32,000 bases of DNA from Vibrio vulnificus CMCP6 (GTDB lineage Bacteria; Pseudomonadota; Gammaproteobacteria; Enterobacterales; Vibrionaceae), in assembly GCF_000039765.1 (NCBI RefSeq), contig NC_004459.3, forward strand, positions 2,481,127-2,513,126, given 5' to 3'. Shown here piece after piece: positions 18,854 through 28,155 of this stretch. Numbering within the stretch: the first letter of the stretch is position 1; the number at the start of each line of letters is the position of its first letter. Both the position numbers and the translations under genes were made by a program. Below the pieces are notes generated by a model. It saw only the letters and a list, made by a program, of their open reading frames with translations, ran no database searches and was not told the DNA's origin.

Positions 18854-19203
18854 TTAATCACCTAAAATCAGTGGTTTATGGTTTTTCTTTGTTCCCTCGG
18901 CTTGTTAGTTTCGAGTTTGTCGGCAAGTTGGCTTTTTTGAACGCTGCTTTTCGGACACTTATTCTGTGGCGCTGGAAATTCAGAGAATTGCCTCATTCAA
19001 TTCTCGGGCAAGCGCGAGGTTGGGGCGGTGGCTCAATCAGAAATCCATTTCTAGGCTTTCAAACTTCAAACTAGATTTGCCAAAATTCCTAACCTGAATA
19101 TCAAAACTATGATTCATTTCAGTTTTCTAAGTTTTGGCTTTTGTTTCTGAATCAAAGTCGAGTTAATCTTGTTCCCAGAAAAACGTAACCCATTGAAGCT
19201 TAA
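18848..19203 (+). other. Non-coding cassette body, family A
   Basis: Similar to 10411-10767. Confidence 0.8.
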
Positions 19204-19330
19204 GCATAACAAAGCGTTTAAGTGGGATTTGGCACGCGTGGCATTTTCGGTTTGCGTTGGGTTCGGTGATTAAGTCGCTGTGCGGTAGCTTTTGTATTGC
19301 GTGCCTGCACCCCTTAACGCGGCGTTATAT
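19204..19330 (+). repeat. attC site
   Basis: GCATAAC ... GTTATAT. Confidence 0.95.
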
Positions 19331-19358
19331 GCTTCCGTCAGTAGAAGGAATAGAACTT

Positions 19359-19565
19359 ATGTCACTCTATGAGAAACGAAATAGCAATTCGCAGCAAGAA
19401 GACGCGATGTTAGTTGCTTCGGATTCTTGGTTTACAGTCAAATTTGCCCAGGAAGCAGCAAAGTCTTGGAAGCGTATTATCTTACTCTTCGTTGTTGTCA
19501 TTCTATGTTTGTTTGCACCAGCATTGGGCCTTATTGTATCTGCAATTAATGCTTTGTTTTCGTAA
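19359..19565 (+). CDS. Small single-TM hypothetical protein (68 aa), copy 2 (A->V)
   Basis: Cassette body differs from copy 1 by one visible base (C18590 vs T19498). Confidence 0.75.
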   Translation: MSLYEKRNSNSQQEDAMLVASDSWFTVKFAQEAAKSWKRIILLFVVVILCLFAPALGLIVSAINALFS

Positions 19566-19636
19566 ATACATAGGGAATCGTCTGAAAGGTAGGTAAGTGC
19601 CACTTAAAGAAGTCGTATTTTCATATTCAAGTACGC

Positions 19637-19765
19637 ATATAACAAGCAATTTAAGAGGGATTCACAACGCTTGGCACTTTTGCTTCTACTTCAGTTTTAG
19701 TGTTTATGGCACAATGCTTTAAGTTTAGGTGGAGGCGTTGTTCACCCCTTAATTGGGCGTTATAT
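19637..19765 (+). repeat. attC site
   Basis: ATATAAC ... GTTATAT. Confidence 0.95.
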
Positions 19766-19799
19766 GCTTTCAAAATCTGTGAGCAAAAGGGAGTTTAAA

Positions 19800-20168
19800 A
19801 TGATTCTAAATCATGTCTCAGTTGGTGTTTCAAATGTGCCATCTGCGGTGGTTTTTTACGATTCAGTTCTATCTGCTTTGTCCATAAAACGGGCTCATTA
19901 CATTGAGAATGTCGCGGCTGCCTACGGCGAAAACTTTGAGTTTTGGGTAGGTTGCCCATGTGAAAATGCAGCTTCTTCAGGTAATGGAACTCACATTGCT
20001 TTCAACGCGCCAAACAAAGAAGCGGTTGACCAGTTTTATGCTACTGCATTAGAGCTTGGTGGCGAGTGTGCCGGTAAGCCTAGCTTGCGTCCAGAGTACG
20101 GTGAGACTTACTATGCAGCGTTTGTCCGCGATGTTGACGGTAACAAAATTGAAGCAGTCTTTATGTAG
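19800..20168 (+). CDS. VOC family (glyoxalase/bleomycin-resistance/dioxygenase-like) protein
   Basis: MILNHVSVGVSNVPSAVVFYDSVLSALSIKR...HIAFNAPNKEAVDQFYATALELGGECAGKPSLRPEYGETYYAAFVRDVDGNKIEAVF. Confidence 0.93.
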   Translation: MILNHVSVGVSNVPSAVVFYDSVLSALSIKRAHYIENVAAAYGENFEFWVGCPCENAASSGNGTHIAFNAPNKEAVDQFYATALELGGECAGKPSLRPEYGETYYAAFVRDVDGNKIEAVFM

Positions 20169-20180
20169 CCGAAGCTACGC

Positions 20181-20296
20181 ATATAACAAGGCGTTCAAGT
20201 GGGATTCATGCCGCGTGGCATTTTTGGTATGCGGTTAGTTCATTTGTGAAAGTGGTCTGCGGAAGGTTGGTTTATGCGGCATTCACCCCTTAACGC
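20181..20296 (+). repeat. attC site, 5' part, interrupted after L' arm by integrative element (3' remainder at 28168-28177)
   Basis: Runs to ...CACCCCTTAACGC then loses GGCGTTA; remainder GGCGTTAGCT found at 28168. Confidence 0.93.
20285..20296 (+). repeat. attL core direct repeat ACCCCTTAACGC
   Basis: Same 12 bp at 28156-28167. Confidence 0.9.
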
Positions 20297-20460
20297 TGGG
20301 ATTGGTATGTATTACTCAGTAAACAGCAAAGAACAGAGAAGATATTTAATGTAATCTAAATCAATGCTTTAAATGTTGGTTGGTTGTTTGTTGTTGTTCA
20401 TTTAAATGCCTGCGTATACAATAATTCTGCTACATAATCGCTACACAAGGAATCTGTGTC

Positions 20461-21669
20461 ATGGCTATCAAGCAGAAAATCACCGCCAGCTCTATCAAAA
20501 ATCTCACCATCGCAGACAAGCGATTGAACGACACTGAAATCAGCGGATTTCATGCGCGGATTTCGCCCAAAGGGGTGATCAAGTATTACCTCTACTATCG
20601 AATTCACGGTAAGCAGCGCAATTTCTTGCTCGGTTCAGCTAATGCTTTAACGCCAGCGCAAGCGCGAGACTTAGCCAAAGAAAAAGCAGGGCAAGTCGCG
20701 GCGGGGGAAGATGTGCAAGTCACTCGCCATGAAGCGAAAAAGCGAGAGCAGCGTAACAGCCTGACACTGAGTAAATTCCTTGAGGAACATTATTCCGCCT
20801 ATCTCATGTCGATTAATGAAAAAACGGCGCAAAAGTCGTTGATGTGCATTCAAAGCAACTTCAAACATTTATCCACTAAGCCACTAGTTGAAATTACCGC
20901 TTGGGACATTCAGCAGTGGGTGGCCGAACGTAGCAAAGCAGGTCGCGCCCCTGCGACCATTTCCTATGCCTATAACCGCCTAAGAGCAGTGTTCAATCGT
21001 GCGGTGGAGTGGGGTTTTATCGATTCTCACTCTCTTGATAATGTAAAAATCCCTCGCATTGATAACAAGCGTATTCGTTACCTGTCGGTGAGTGAAGAGG
21101 CGGCATTACTGGAGAGCTTGAAAGCGCGTGATGCACGTTTAAAAGACGAAGCATTGCAAAGGTACGGTAAGCGCGCCCAAAGGCTGGTGTCACAGCGCTA
21201 TGTGGATTTCTTAGAGCCGTTGATTGTACTGGCACTCAATACAGGTATGCGCAAAGGCGAAATGTTGTCGCTTAAGTGGTCACACATCAACATGGAAGAC
21301 AGGTATTTGACCATTCGCTCTGAGAATGCCAAATCGAAAAACAAACGCACCATTCCACTCAATAACACGGTGTATACCATGTTACAGGCTTGGCATGAGC
21401 AAAATCCGGATACCGAATTGGTGTTTGAGCGAAATGGCAAACCGCTCGACTCTTATCAGTACCAGTGGGAGTCGTTACTCAAAGATGCGGGAATAGAGAA
21501 TTTCCGTTTTCACGACTTGCGCCACCATTTCGCCAGTAAGTTGGTGATGAAAGAAGCGGATTTGAACGTGGTTCGTGAATTGTTGGGCCATGCGGATTTA
21601 AAAATGACGCTGCGCTATGCGCATCTGGCTCCTGAACATAAGGCCAGTGCGGTGAATCTCATCGGTTAA
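20461..21669 (+). CDS. int: Tyrosine recombinase / phage-type integrase (DUF4102/P4-like N-terminus)
   Basis: NTGMRKGEMLSLKW (Arg), HDLRHHFASKLV (HxxR), LLGHADLKMTLRYAHL (H...Y). Confidence 0.96.
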   Translation: MAIKQKITASSIKNLTIADKRLNDTEISGFHARISPKGVIKYYLYYRIHGKQRNFLLGSANALTPAQARDLAKEKAGQVAAGEDVQVTRHEAKKREQRNSLTLSKFLEEHYSAYLMSINEKTAQKSLMCIQSNFKHLSTKPLVEITAWDIQQWVAERSKAGRAPATISYAYNRLRAVFNRAVEWGFIDSHSLDNVKIPRIDNKRIRYLSVSEEAALLESLKARDARLKDEALQRYGKRAQRLVSQRYVDFLEPLIVLALNTGMRKGEMLSLKWSHINMEDRYLTIRSENAKSKNKRTIPLNNTVYTMLQAWHEQNPDTELVFERNGKPLDSYQYQWESLLKDAGIENFRFHDLRHHFASKLVMKEADLNVVRELLGHADLKMTLRYAHLAPEHKASAVNLIG

Positions 21670-21803
21670 ATGCGTGATGATTTTTAGAATGTTGCTCTAT
21701 TGGATTGGGTATCTGTAGGGATTTTATTTAGAAACATTGTGAACATGATTTAGAAAAACGTCTGCAATCTGCAATCTATTTGGTTTTTTATGCTGACATA
21801 GCG

Positions 21804-21823
21804 CTTTTGGGAGTCCCCAAAAG
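21804..21823 (+). terminator. Short hairpin CTTTTGGG-AGTC-CCCAAAAG downstream of int, possible terminator
   Basis: 8-bp perfect stem, 4-nt loop; only weak T tract follows. Confidence 0.4.
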
Positions 21824-21943
21824 GGTGTTTTGTGATTGGCTTAACAAATCGAAACACGCGATTCTAAATCCGATTTCAAATCCCTTTTTTAAACTGTGTA
21901 GTTTCAATGTCACTTCCTAAACAACAAAGTAGGTGACACACAT

Positions 21944-22180
21944 ATGAAAACACTTGATAAACGTGCATACACAGAGCAAGAAACCTCGATTTACATTGGC
22001 ATGAGCCGTTCTTTCTTACGTCAAGCCCGTATGGAAGGGCAGCGTAAAAACCGTACTCTTGCACCACCGTTCATTAAAATTGGTCGTGCGGTTCGCTACC
22101 TCAAAGAAGACTTAGACGCATGGCTTGATAGCCAAACCAAACTTAACCACCTTTCTCAAGGAGGGTGGCTGCATGGTTAA
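21944..22180 (+). CDS. AlpA/excisionase-like HTH protein
   Basis: AYTEQETSIYIGMSRSFLRQARMEG...PPFIKIGRAVRYLKEDLDAWLDS. Confidence 0.88.
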   Translation: MKTLDKRAYTEQETSIYIGMSRSFLRQARMEGQRKNRTLAPPFIKIGRAVRYLKEDLDAWLDSQTKLNHLSQGGWLHG

Positions 22181-22424
22181 TTTAACACCGGAGCAAATCA
22201 CGCTACTGAAATGGATGAGAGCAGGGCGCACCTTTGATGTGTGCTCGGATTACTGTCCCCATAATGGCGATGTGCAACCGAAATCCCTTTTACCGATACA
22301 GGTGCATCACAAAACCATCCATAAACTGATGAAAGAGGGGCTTATCCACTATACCCCACAACAGTTCAACGGTTTGCGTTGGGATGTCTTTTCCATCACT
22401 GAAAAAGGGAAGGGCATTCGATGA
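22173..22424 (+). CDS. Small hypothetical protein (possible winged-helix), overlaps both neighbours
   Basis: MVNLTPEQITLLKWMRAGRTFDVCSDYCPHNG...; overlap with upstream and downstream CDSs suggests translational coupling. Confidence 0.7.
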   Translation: MVNLTPEQITLLKWMRAGRTFDVCSDYCPHNGDVQPKSLLPIQVHHKTIHKLMKEGLIHYTPQQFNGLRWDVFSITEKGKGIR

Positions 22425-23956
22425 GCACACTCGACCTTTCTTGCATTGACCGTGACGACAGAGCCTTTGTTCAGCAAAGGCTTTTGCCATTTCCGGACGT
22501 CATTCAGCGTTTGCTACTTAAAGAATACCTGAGCTATCCGACCAAGTTTGAACGCAATACCTACCTTAGAGCCACGGTGGAGGCGATTGCGGCCAAGTTG
22601 TCGCTGCCGATTGGCAAAATCACGCTGAACGTCAGTGAAGAAGACTTGCGCGCAAAAGCCAAAACGAACGCTGCGGAAGTGTTGGAGCGCCGCCGCCGTT
22701 TTCGTAATGACGAACGCGCCTTGAGCGTGCTGCGTGAGTTTGTCGCCCAAAAAGGGTTAACGCCCTATGGCGGGCAATATTCACTTAGAGGTGAAGTAGC
22801 TCGACGCAAATGGTGGCTGCGAGGATTGCGCAAGGCGTTACGACGTAACATCGAACTGGTGTTGCATCACCTCAACCAAGTGAACAAACACAAAAGCCTC
22901 TATTGCTCGATGCCCACACTGATGGCAAGGCGTCAGCAGAAAGCCTATCAAAAGGCGTATCTCGAAAACACCATCGCCACCAATGAGCTAGGTCAGTCGT
23001 TCTCTTTACTGGAACTGTCACAAAAAGGCGTTTCCGACCCGACCATTCGCAAAGGCGAGCTGATGGTCAGAGCCAGAGGCTTTGAAGACCTAGCCAAAGA
23101 ACTCGGTCATGTAGCAACCTTTCTCACTATTACTTGTCCGTCAAAGTACCATCGCAGTTATTCCACATCGGGACAGGTGAACCCCAAATGGGCAGGGCAT
23201 ACCCCGCTGGACGGGCAAACTTACCTTAATGACATCTGGAAACTGATGCGCTCAACACTCAATCGTTTGGGTGTGCGTTTCTACGGTTTTCGTGTAGCAG
23301 AGCCGCAACATGACGGCACACCGCACTGGCATTTGCTGCTGTTTGTCGAGCCCAAACACTATGACCTGATGGTGCAAACCATGCGTGATTACGCCATGCG
23401 CGAAGATGGAGAGGAAAAGGGCGCAACGGAGCACCGTTTTACCGAAGTCAAAATCGACCCCGCCAAAGGCAGCGCTACCGGATACATCGCCAAATACATC
23501 TCGAAAAACATTGATGGAAGTGATCTTGATTGTGGTGTCTATGGGGAAGACCCAAAGGACGCCGCCGCAAGAGTGGACGCATGGGCTTCATGTTGGGGTA
23601 TCCGCCAGTTTCAACAGCTCGGCGGCTGCTCTGTGACGGTATGGCGAGAGCTGCGCCGCCTCAAAGAAATGCAAGATTTACCCGTAGTGGCAAAAGAGAT
23701 TGTGGAAGCGGCAGATAAAGGCGACTGGAAGCGATTCACGCAGCGCATGGGCGGTGTGTTCAGTACACGCAAAGCGCAAGTGTTTAAGCCGCACTATGCG
23801 TTTTCAATCGACACGGAGACCGGCGTTATCAAAACCACGTTGTACTGTGCCAGTGAGCTGGTTAGAGCGTTGAAAGGGGTTGCCATTGAAGGGCGTGAAA
23901 TCATCACTCGTCTGTTTAAGTGGCGCATCGAATCTAACATGCGTCACGCTTTTTAA
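22421..23956 (+). CDS. Phage-type rolling-circle replication initiator (GpA-like HUH endonuclease)
   Basis: HUH motif PHWHLLLF and tandem Tyr YIAKYISKN; ATGA overlap with upstream CDS. Confidence 0.9.
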   Translation: MSTLDLSCIDRDDRAFVQQRLLPFPDVIQRLLLKEYLSYPTKFERNTYLRATVEAIAAKLSLPIGKITLNVSEEDLRAKAKTNAAEVLERRRRFRNDERALSVLREFVAQKGLTPYGGQYSLRGEVARRKWWLRGLRKALRRNIELVLHHLNQVNKHKSLYCSMPTLMARRQQKAYQKAYLENTIATNELGQSFSLLELSQKGVSDPTIRKGELMVRARGFEDLAKELGHVATFLTITCPSKYHRSYSTSGQVNPKWAGHTPLDGQTYLNDIWKLMRSTLNRLGVRFYGFRVAEPQHDGTPHWHLLLFVEPKHYDLMVQTMRDYAMREDGEEKGATEHRFTEVKIDPAKGSATGYIAKYISKNIDGSDLDCGVYGEDPKDAAARVDAWASCWGIRQFQQLGGCSVTVWRELRRLKEMQDLPVVAKEIVEAADKGDWKRFTQRMGGVFSTRKAQVFKPHYAFSIDTETGVIKTTLYCASELVRALKGVAIEGREIITRLFKWRIESNMRHAF

Positions 23957-24127
23957 CTTGGAGTTCTGTGAATAACTGTATTCAATCAAAAATCAGACAA
24001 TAGAGCTTAGAGGTATCGAAAAATAAGTAAAGTATCTAACCCGAATTATCGACTTGTTGTAGTATATTCAAAGAGTTTCTATCAAGTGTTATTGTGTATG
24101 CTTTAGTGGCGTTGGAGAAATGAACTA

Positions 24128-27100
24128 ATGGGAAGCCAAAATCAGATTAAGTCCAAGTTATTGGAACTGGAAGGCGGAAAGTTTCAACGGCTCTGTGATG
24201 ATTGGCTGCATAGGAAGGGGTATGAAAATATTAACCCAATCGGAATGATGGATACTACCAACAGGACAGTTAAAGGTACGCCTGACTGTTTGTTTATGCA
24301 GTCAAATGGAAAATATGTTTTTTTAGAGTATACAGTTCAGCAGGATCGTCTAGCGAATAAGCTAAGAAACGACATTGAAAAGTGCTTTGACGTAAGTAAA
24401 ACGTGTATCCCAGTAGACAAAATCAGCGAAATAATCATATGCTACACGGGTAAATTATCAACGGAAGAAATCAACCAACTCCGAACTATTTGTTACGATA
24501 GAGGAGTAATGTTAACGCTTAATGGACTTGATTCAATTTCATTAAGTATTAAAAACTCCTATCCTGTCTTATCAGAAACTCATTTAGATTTACCTTTAGA
24601 TACTGGTCAATTGTTGGGCCTTGACGATTTTGTAGAGAGGTACGGTAGAAGCAATTTTACAACGTCTATCGACAATGAACTGTTGTTCAGTGATGACTTG
24701 TTGAGTAGCGCGGTTAGAACAATGAAATCCTCAAAGTTCCTACTTGTGTCAGGAGCAGCAGGATTAGGAAAAACGTTATTTTCAGTCACTTTGGCAAGAC
24801 GAATTCAGCAAGAGAATAAAAACACCAGTATCATTTGTGTTTTTGATAAAGGTGCAGACCTAACAAGAGATATCACTGCATACTTTAGCGAGCCTGGAGA
24901 TTATTTGATTTTTGTTGATGATGCCAATAGATTAGATAATAGACTTGATTATATTCTTCATTATCTAACTGAAAAAGATGAAAGTAGAAGTTTTCGTATT
25001 ATTGCTACGGTGAGAGATTATGCACGAACTTCTATTATAGAAAAGATTAGAAAATTTACAGTTTTTGATGAGCAAGTTATCAGGCCCTTAACTGATGAAC
25101 AAATTAAAGAACTGACTGAAATATTGTTTGGAATTAAAAATGGAGAATATCAAAAAAGAATAAAAGAAATATCCTGTGGTAATCCAAGATTGGCAGTAAT
25201 GGCATCAAAAGTTGCAATTGAGAAGAATCAAATACAATCCATTCAAAATGTCACTTCCTTGTATAGAGATTACTTTAGAGAAAATGAAAATGTAAAACTT
25301 ATTATTGAAGATGAAAGGTTAATTCTTGCAGCATGCGCTATTTCATTTTTTAGAAAGATTGACAAACTCAATGAACAGCAAATGAGTTTGCTGGAGAACT
25401 CTTTCGGTGTTCAGGCTGAGGAGTTTTGGGAGCTTGTTGATATCTTACATAAAAATGAATTGGTAGATTTGTATGAAAATGAAGTGGTAAAAATATCCGA
25501 CCAAGTTCTATCTACGTATCTTTTTTATATAGCTGTCTTTGAAAAGAAGATAATGCAATTTTCATCAATTGTTAAATATTTTTATCCAGACTACACCAGA
25601 ACTATTGTTGACTCACTTAATCCCATCATAAGTGCATTTGATCAAAGAAAAGTTGTTGCAGGGATTAGAAGTGAGATCAAAGATATTTTTGAAGTTTTTT
25701 CTAAAAATGAGGAGATAGATAAATCAGTAGAATTCTTAAATACTTTTTGGTTTGCTCTACCAACTGAAGCATTAGTTTACTCATCAAAGATTATTAAAGG
25801 AATGCCGGAAGTTTGGATTGATTGGAAAAACGAATCTTATGAAGAGTCTAAGCACGAGGCAGGTAAGTCATCTATAATCAGCTTGTTAACAAGTTTTAGA
25901 TTTTATAGTGAGCAAGAGTTTAAATTGTCTTTTGAGTTGCTGCTAGAATATCTTTCTAAAAACAGAACATCTTTGGGTTTTGTCGTGCGATTATTATCTG
26001 AGTGTTATAGCTTTAAGCCTGATGATTTTCGATATGGCTACTATGTACAATCGTTCATTGTAGACATGTTGATTGAAAAAATGGAAAACGGGGAAAACCA
26101 CTTATTTAGTCGCCTTTTTATATTAATAGCTAATTATCTGCTAAAAGTCGAGCATCAGGATCACCAGTACTCTAGAGGGGATTCAATAAGTATTATTACC
26201 TTTAGATTAAACCCTGATGAATACTTACTCACTTTAAGAGAAAAAATTATATCAAACTTATCTGTTTTAATAGCTAAAGATGAGTTTAATTCTTTAGCCA
26301 TTGAAGCATTTAAAAAATATGTAGATAGGGTAAGATATGAAGGGATTGATATGGCTGAGGCTGACCTTCCTTTCATTGAGAGATATCTAATTAAAAAATT
26401 AGATAAAGATAACTTAACTCACTGCATGATGATGCAAAACTATTGTGAGCACCTTAATTCTTTAGAGTTGAACTATCCCAAAGAGTGGAACGCTGATTTC
26501 TTCAATGAAACGCTTAAAATATCACGCTTAATTCTTGAAGACAGATATGAGCGGCGTATACTTGAAATGGGTTATGAGGAGTATAACCAGTATCGACATA
26601 AGGGGTTGGTCGAGTATTTTACTGGTATTTCTATGGCGGATTTCATTGACTTCATAAATAGGTGTAAAGAGTTGAATAATGCTCTATCGGGGAGAGATAG
26701 GGATTATTCTCTAAAAAATGGAATTGAAATGAGTCTTCATGCAATGGCTGAATCAGTACCAAAACTCTTTCCTGATATTGTACTCATGTATATGGATTAT
26801 GATGATTATTTTGAAGTGAATCCTCATCTAATAATCATTGATCTATTTAATTCTCGATCGAAAAAAGATGTTTTCTTAATGCTAAACAGCAAAGAATATC
26901 GAAAGAGGAAATTATGGCTATCTGCCTATTTTGCATTATTACCAGAGAAGTACATTGTTGAAGATGATGCTAGATTATTAGTAGAGCATGTAAGGACTAC
27001 ACCAAGTAATGAATTGCAAGATTGGCTAAATTATTTGGATAAGTATGAGTCTGTTGATGATTCTATATATAGAAAGATTGTCAGATCTCTAACAGATAAA

Positions 27101-27898
27101 TCCCGTGAAGATGCTTACTATGCAAGGCCGTTGGAGCACATTTTTAGTAAAAATTCCAGTATTTTTGGTAGGTGGTTTGAAATGTTCGAACCCGATGTGG
27201 AATTGGTTTTTGATGCATATCTAGCAGCTTACGTTTTAGGCAATTACTGGGATTATTCTGGCGACGCATTAAAACTTATCCTGGATAGGAAGTTTGAGTT
27301 TTTATATAGTTTGGTTGATAAGATATACGAAAAGGAAAGATGGCCATGCTTGCATACCAATATGCCTGAGTTGAATTTTTTGTGGGAAAGAGAAAACTAT
27401 ATTGAAGAGATTGAGGGCTACGCGAAGTATATTCATATAAAAAATGAGAAATCCTATAGGTATAAAGATAATATATTTGGCAAATTGTTTACTAAAGAAA
27501 ATAGTAAAGCTGACTCAGAAGAGATGATTCAAAAAAAACATAATTTCTTTCGTAGAGTTATCACTAAGAATGCAACTGACATTACATTCATGTGCTTTCT
27601 ATTTGACTCGGCCAACTACCTTAGCAAAGAAACAAGGAGGGAACTATTAGAGTTATTCCTTAAAGAAAATGATAAGTTCGAGGACTTTAAAATGTTAGAT
27701 TGCGAACTAACTACTCGGATTTGGTCAGGTAGTCGAGTCCCCATCTTGGAACGAGAAAGGAATTTCCTTGAAAGTTTACTACCACTTTTTAACTCCATTC
27801 GGTTTCTTGAACATAAATCCTACGTAGAAAAACAAATTGAGTATAAGTTGAAGTCTATCGAGGATGAAAAGAAAAGAGATTATCTTGAGAGCAGATAA
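24128..27898 (+). CDS. 1,256-aa putative defence protein: N-terminal restriction-endonuclease-like domain, STAND-type P-loop NTPase, long C-terminal helical region
   Basis: GTPDCLF..KYVFLEYTVQ (PD-D/ExK-like), Walker A GAAGLGKT (24752-24775), Walker B YLIFVDDANRLD, RIIATVRDYAR. Confidence 0.8.
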   Translation: MGSQNQIKSKLLELEGGKFQRLCDDWLHRKGYENINPIGMMDTTNRTVKGTPDCLFMQSNGKYVFLEYTVQQDRLANKLRNDIEKCFDVSKTCIPVDKISEIIICYTGKLSTEEINQLRTICYDRGVMLTLNGLDSISLSIKNSYPVLSETHLDLPLDTGQLLGLDDFVERYGRSNFTTSIDNELLFSDDLLSSAVRTMKSSKFLLVSGAAGLGKTLFSVTLARRIQQENKNTSIICVFDKGADLTRDITAYFSEPGDYLIFVDDANRLDNRLDYILHYLTEKDESRSFRIIATVRDYARTSIIEKIRKFTVFDEQVIRPLTDEQIKELTEILFGIKNGEYQKRIKEISCGNPRLAVMASKVAIEKNQIQSIQNVTSLYRDYFRENENVKLIIEDERLILAACAISFFRKIDKLNEQQMSLLENSFGVQAEEFWELVDILHKNELVDLYENEVVKISDQVLSTYLFYIAVFEKKIMQFSSIVKYFYPDYTRTIVDSLNPIISAFDQRKVVAGIRSEIKDIFEVFSKNEEIDKSVEFLNTFWFALPTEALVYSSKIIKGMPEVWIDWKNESYEESKHEAGKSSIISLLTSFRFYSEQEFKLSFELLLEYLSKNRTSLGFVVRLLSECYSFKPDDFRYGYYVQSFIVDMLIEKMENGENHLFSRLFILIANYLLKVEHQDHQYSRGDSISIITFRLNPDEYLLTLREKIISNLSVLIAKDEFNSLAIEAFKKYVDRVRYEGIDMAEADLPFIERYLIKKLDKDNLTHCMMMQNYCEHLNSLELNYPKEWNADFFNETLKISRLILEDRYERRILEMGYEEYNQYRHKGLVEYFTGISMADFIDFINRCKELNNALSGRDRDYSLKNGIEMSLHAMAESVPKLFPDIVLMYMDYDDYFEVNPHLIIIDLFNSRSKKDVFLMLNSKEYRKRKLWLSAYFALLPEKYIVEDDARLLVEHVRTTPSNELQDWLNYLDKYESVDDSIYRKIVRSLTDKSREDAYYARPLEHIFSKNSSIFGRWFEMFEPDVELVFDAYLAAYVLGNYWDYSGDALKLILDRKFEFLYSLVDKIYEKERWPCLHTNMPELNFLWERENYIEEIEGYAKYIHIKNEKSYRYKDNIFGKLFTKENSKADSEEMIQKKHNFFRRVITKNATDITFMCFLFDSANYLSKETRRELLELFLKENDKFEDFKMLDCELTTRIWSGSRVPILERERNFLESLLPLFNSIRFLEHKSYVEKQIEYKLKSIEDEKKRDYLESR

Positions 27899-28155
27899 TT
27901 AGGCATCTACTTAGGTTGTTGTTGAGTAGAAATAATATGTATATAGTGAGTGATTTTTGACTACACATACACATGTATATGGGTTTCTGATAAAGCTTTT
28001 CTACATTTAGCTATAGTTCAGTAGTTACTTTTTGCTAATTTTTAGATAAGAGATATTTAAAATCATTGATACACATTTGCTACATGACAATTTAATTTTA
28101 AACAATGTTTCTGGTGTAAGTGTAAGATTTAATTAAATTTAATGCATTTATGTTA

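Noticed and set aside
20056-20238. ORF 20056-20238 running into attC
   Set aside because: Overlaps the VOC gene in another frame and continues into the attC.
20461-21669. Possibility that this tyrosine recombinase is the integron integrase IntI
   Set aside because: Its N-terminus is phage/P4-like, the IntI-specific extra region is not evident, and the gene sits inside a discrete inserted element in mid-array rather than next to attI.
24128-27898. Firm assignment to a specific Avs subtype
   Set aside because: Only motif-level reading is possible; N- and C-terminal domains need structure or profile comparison, and the nuclease active site looks non-canonical.
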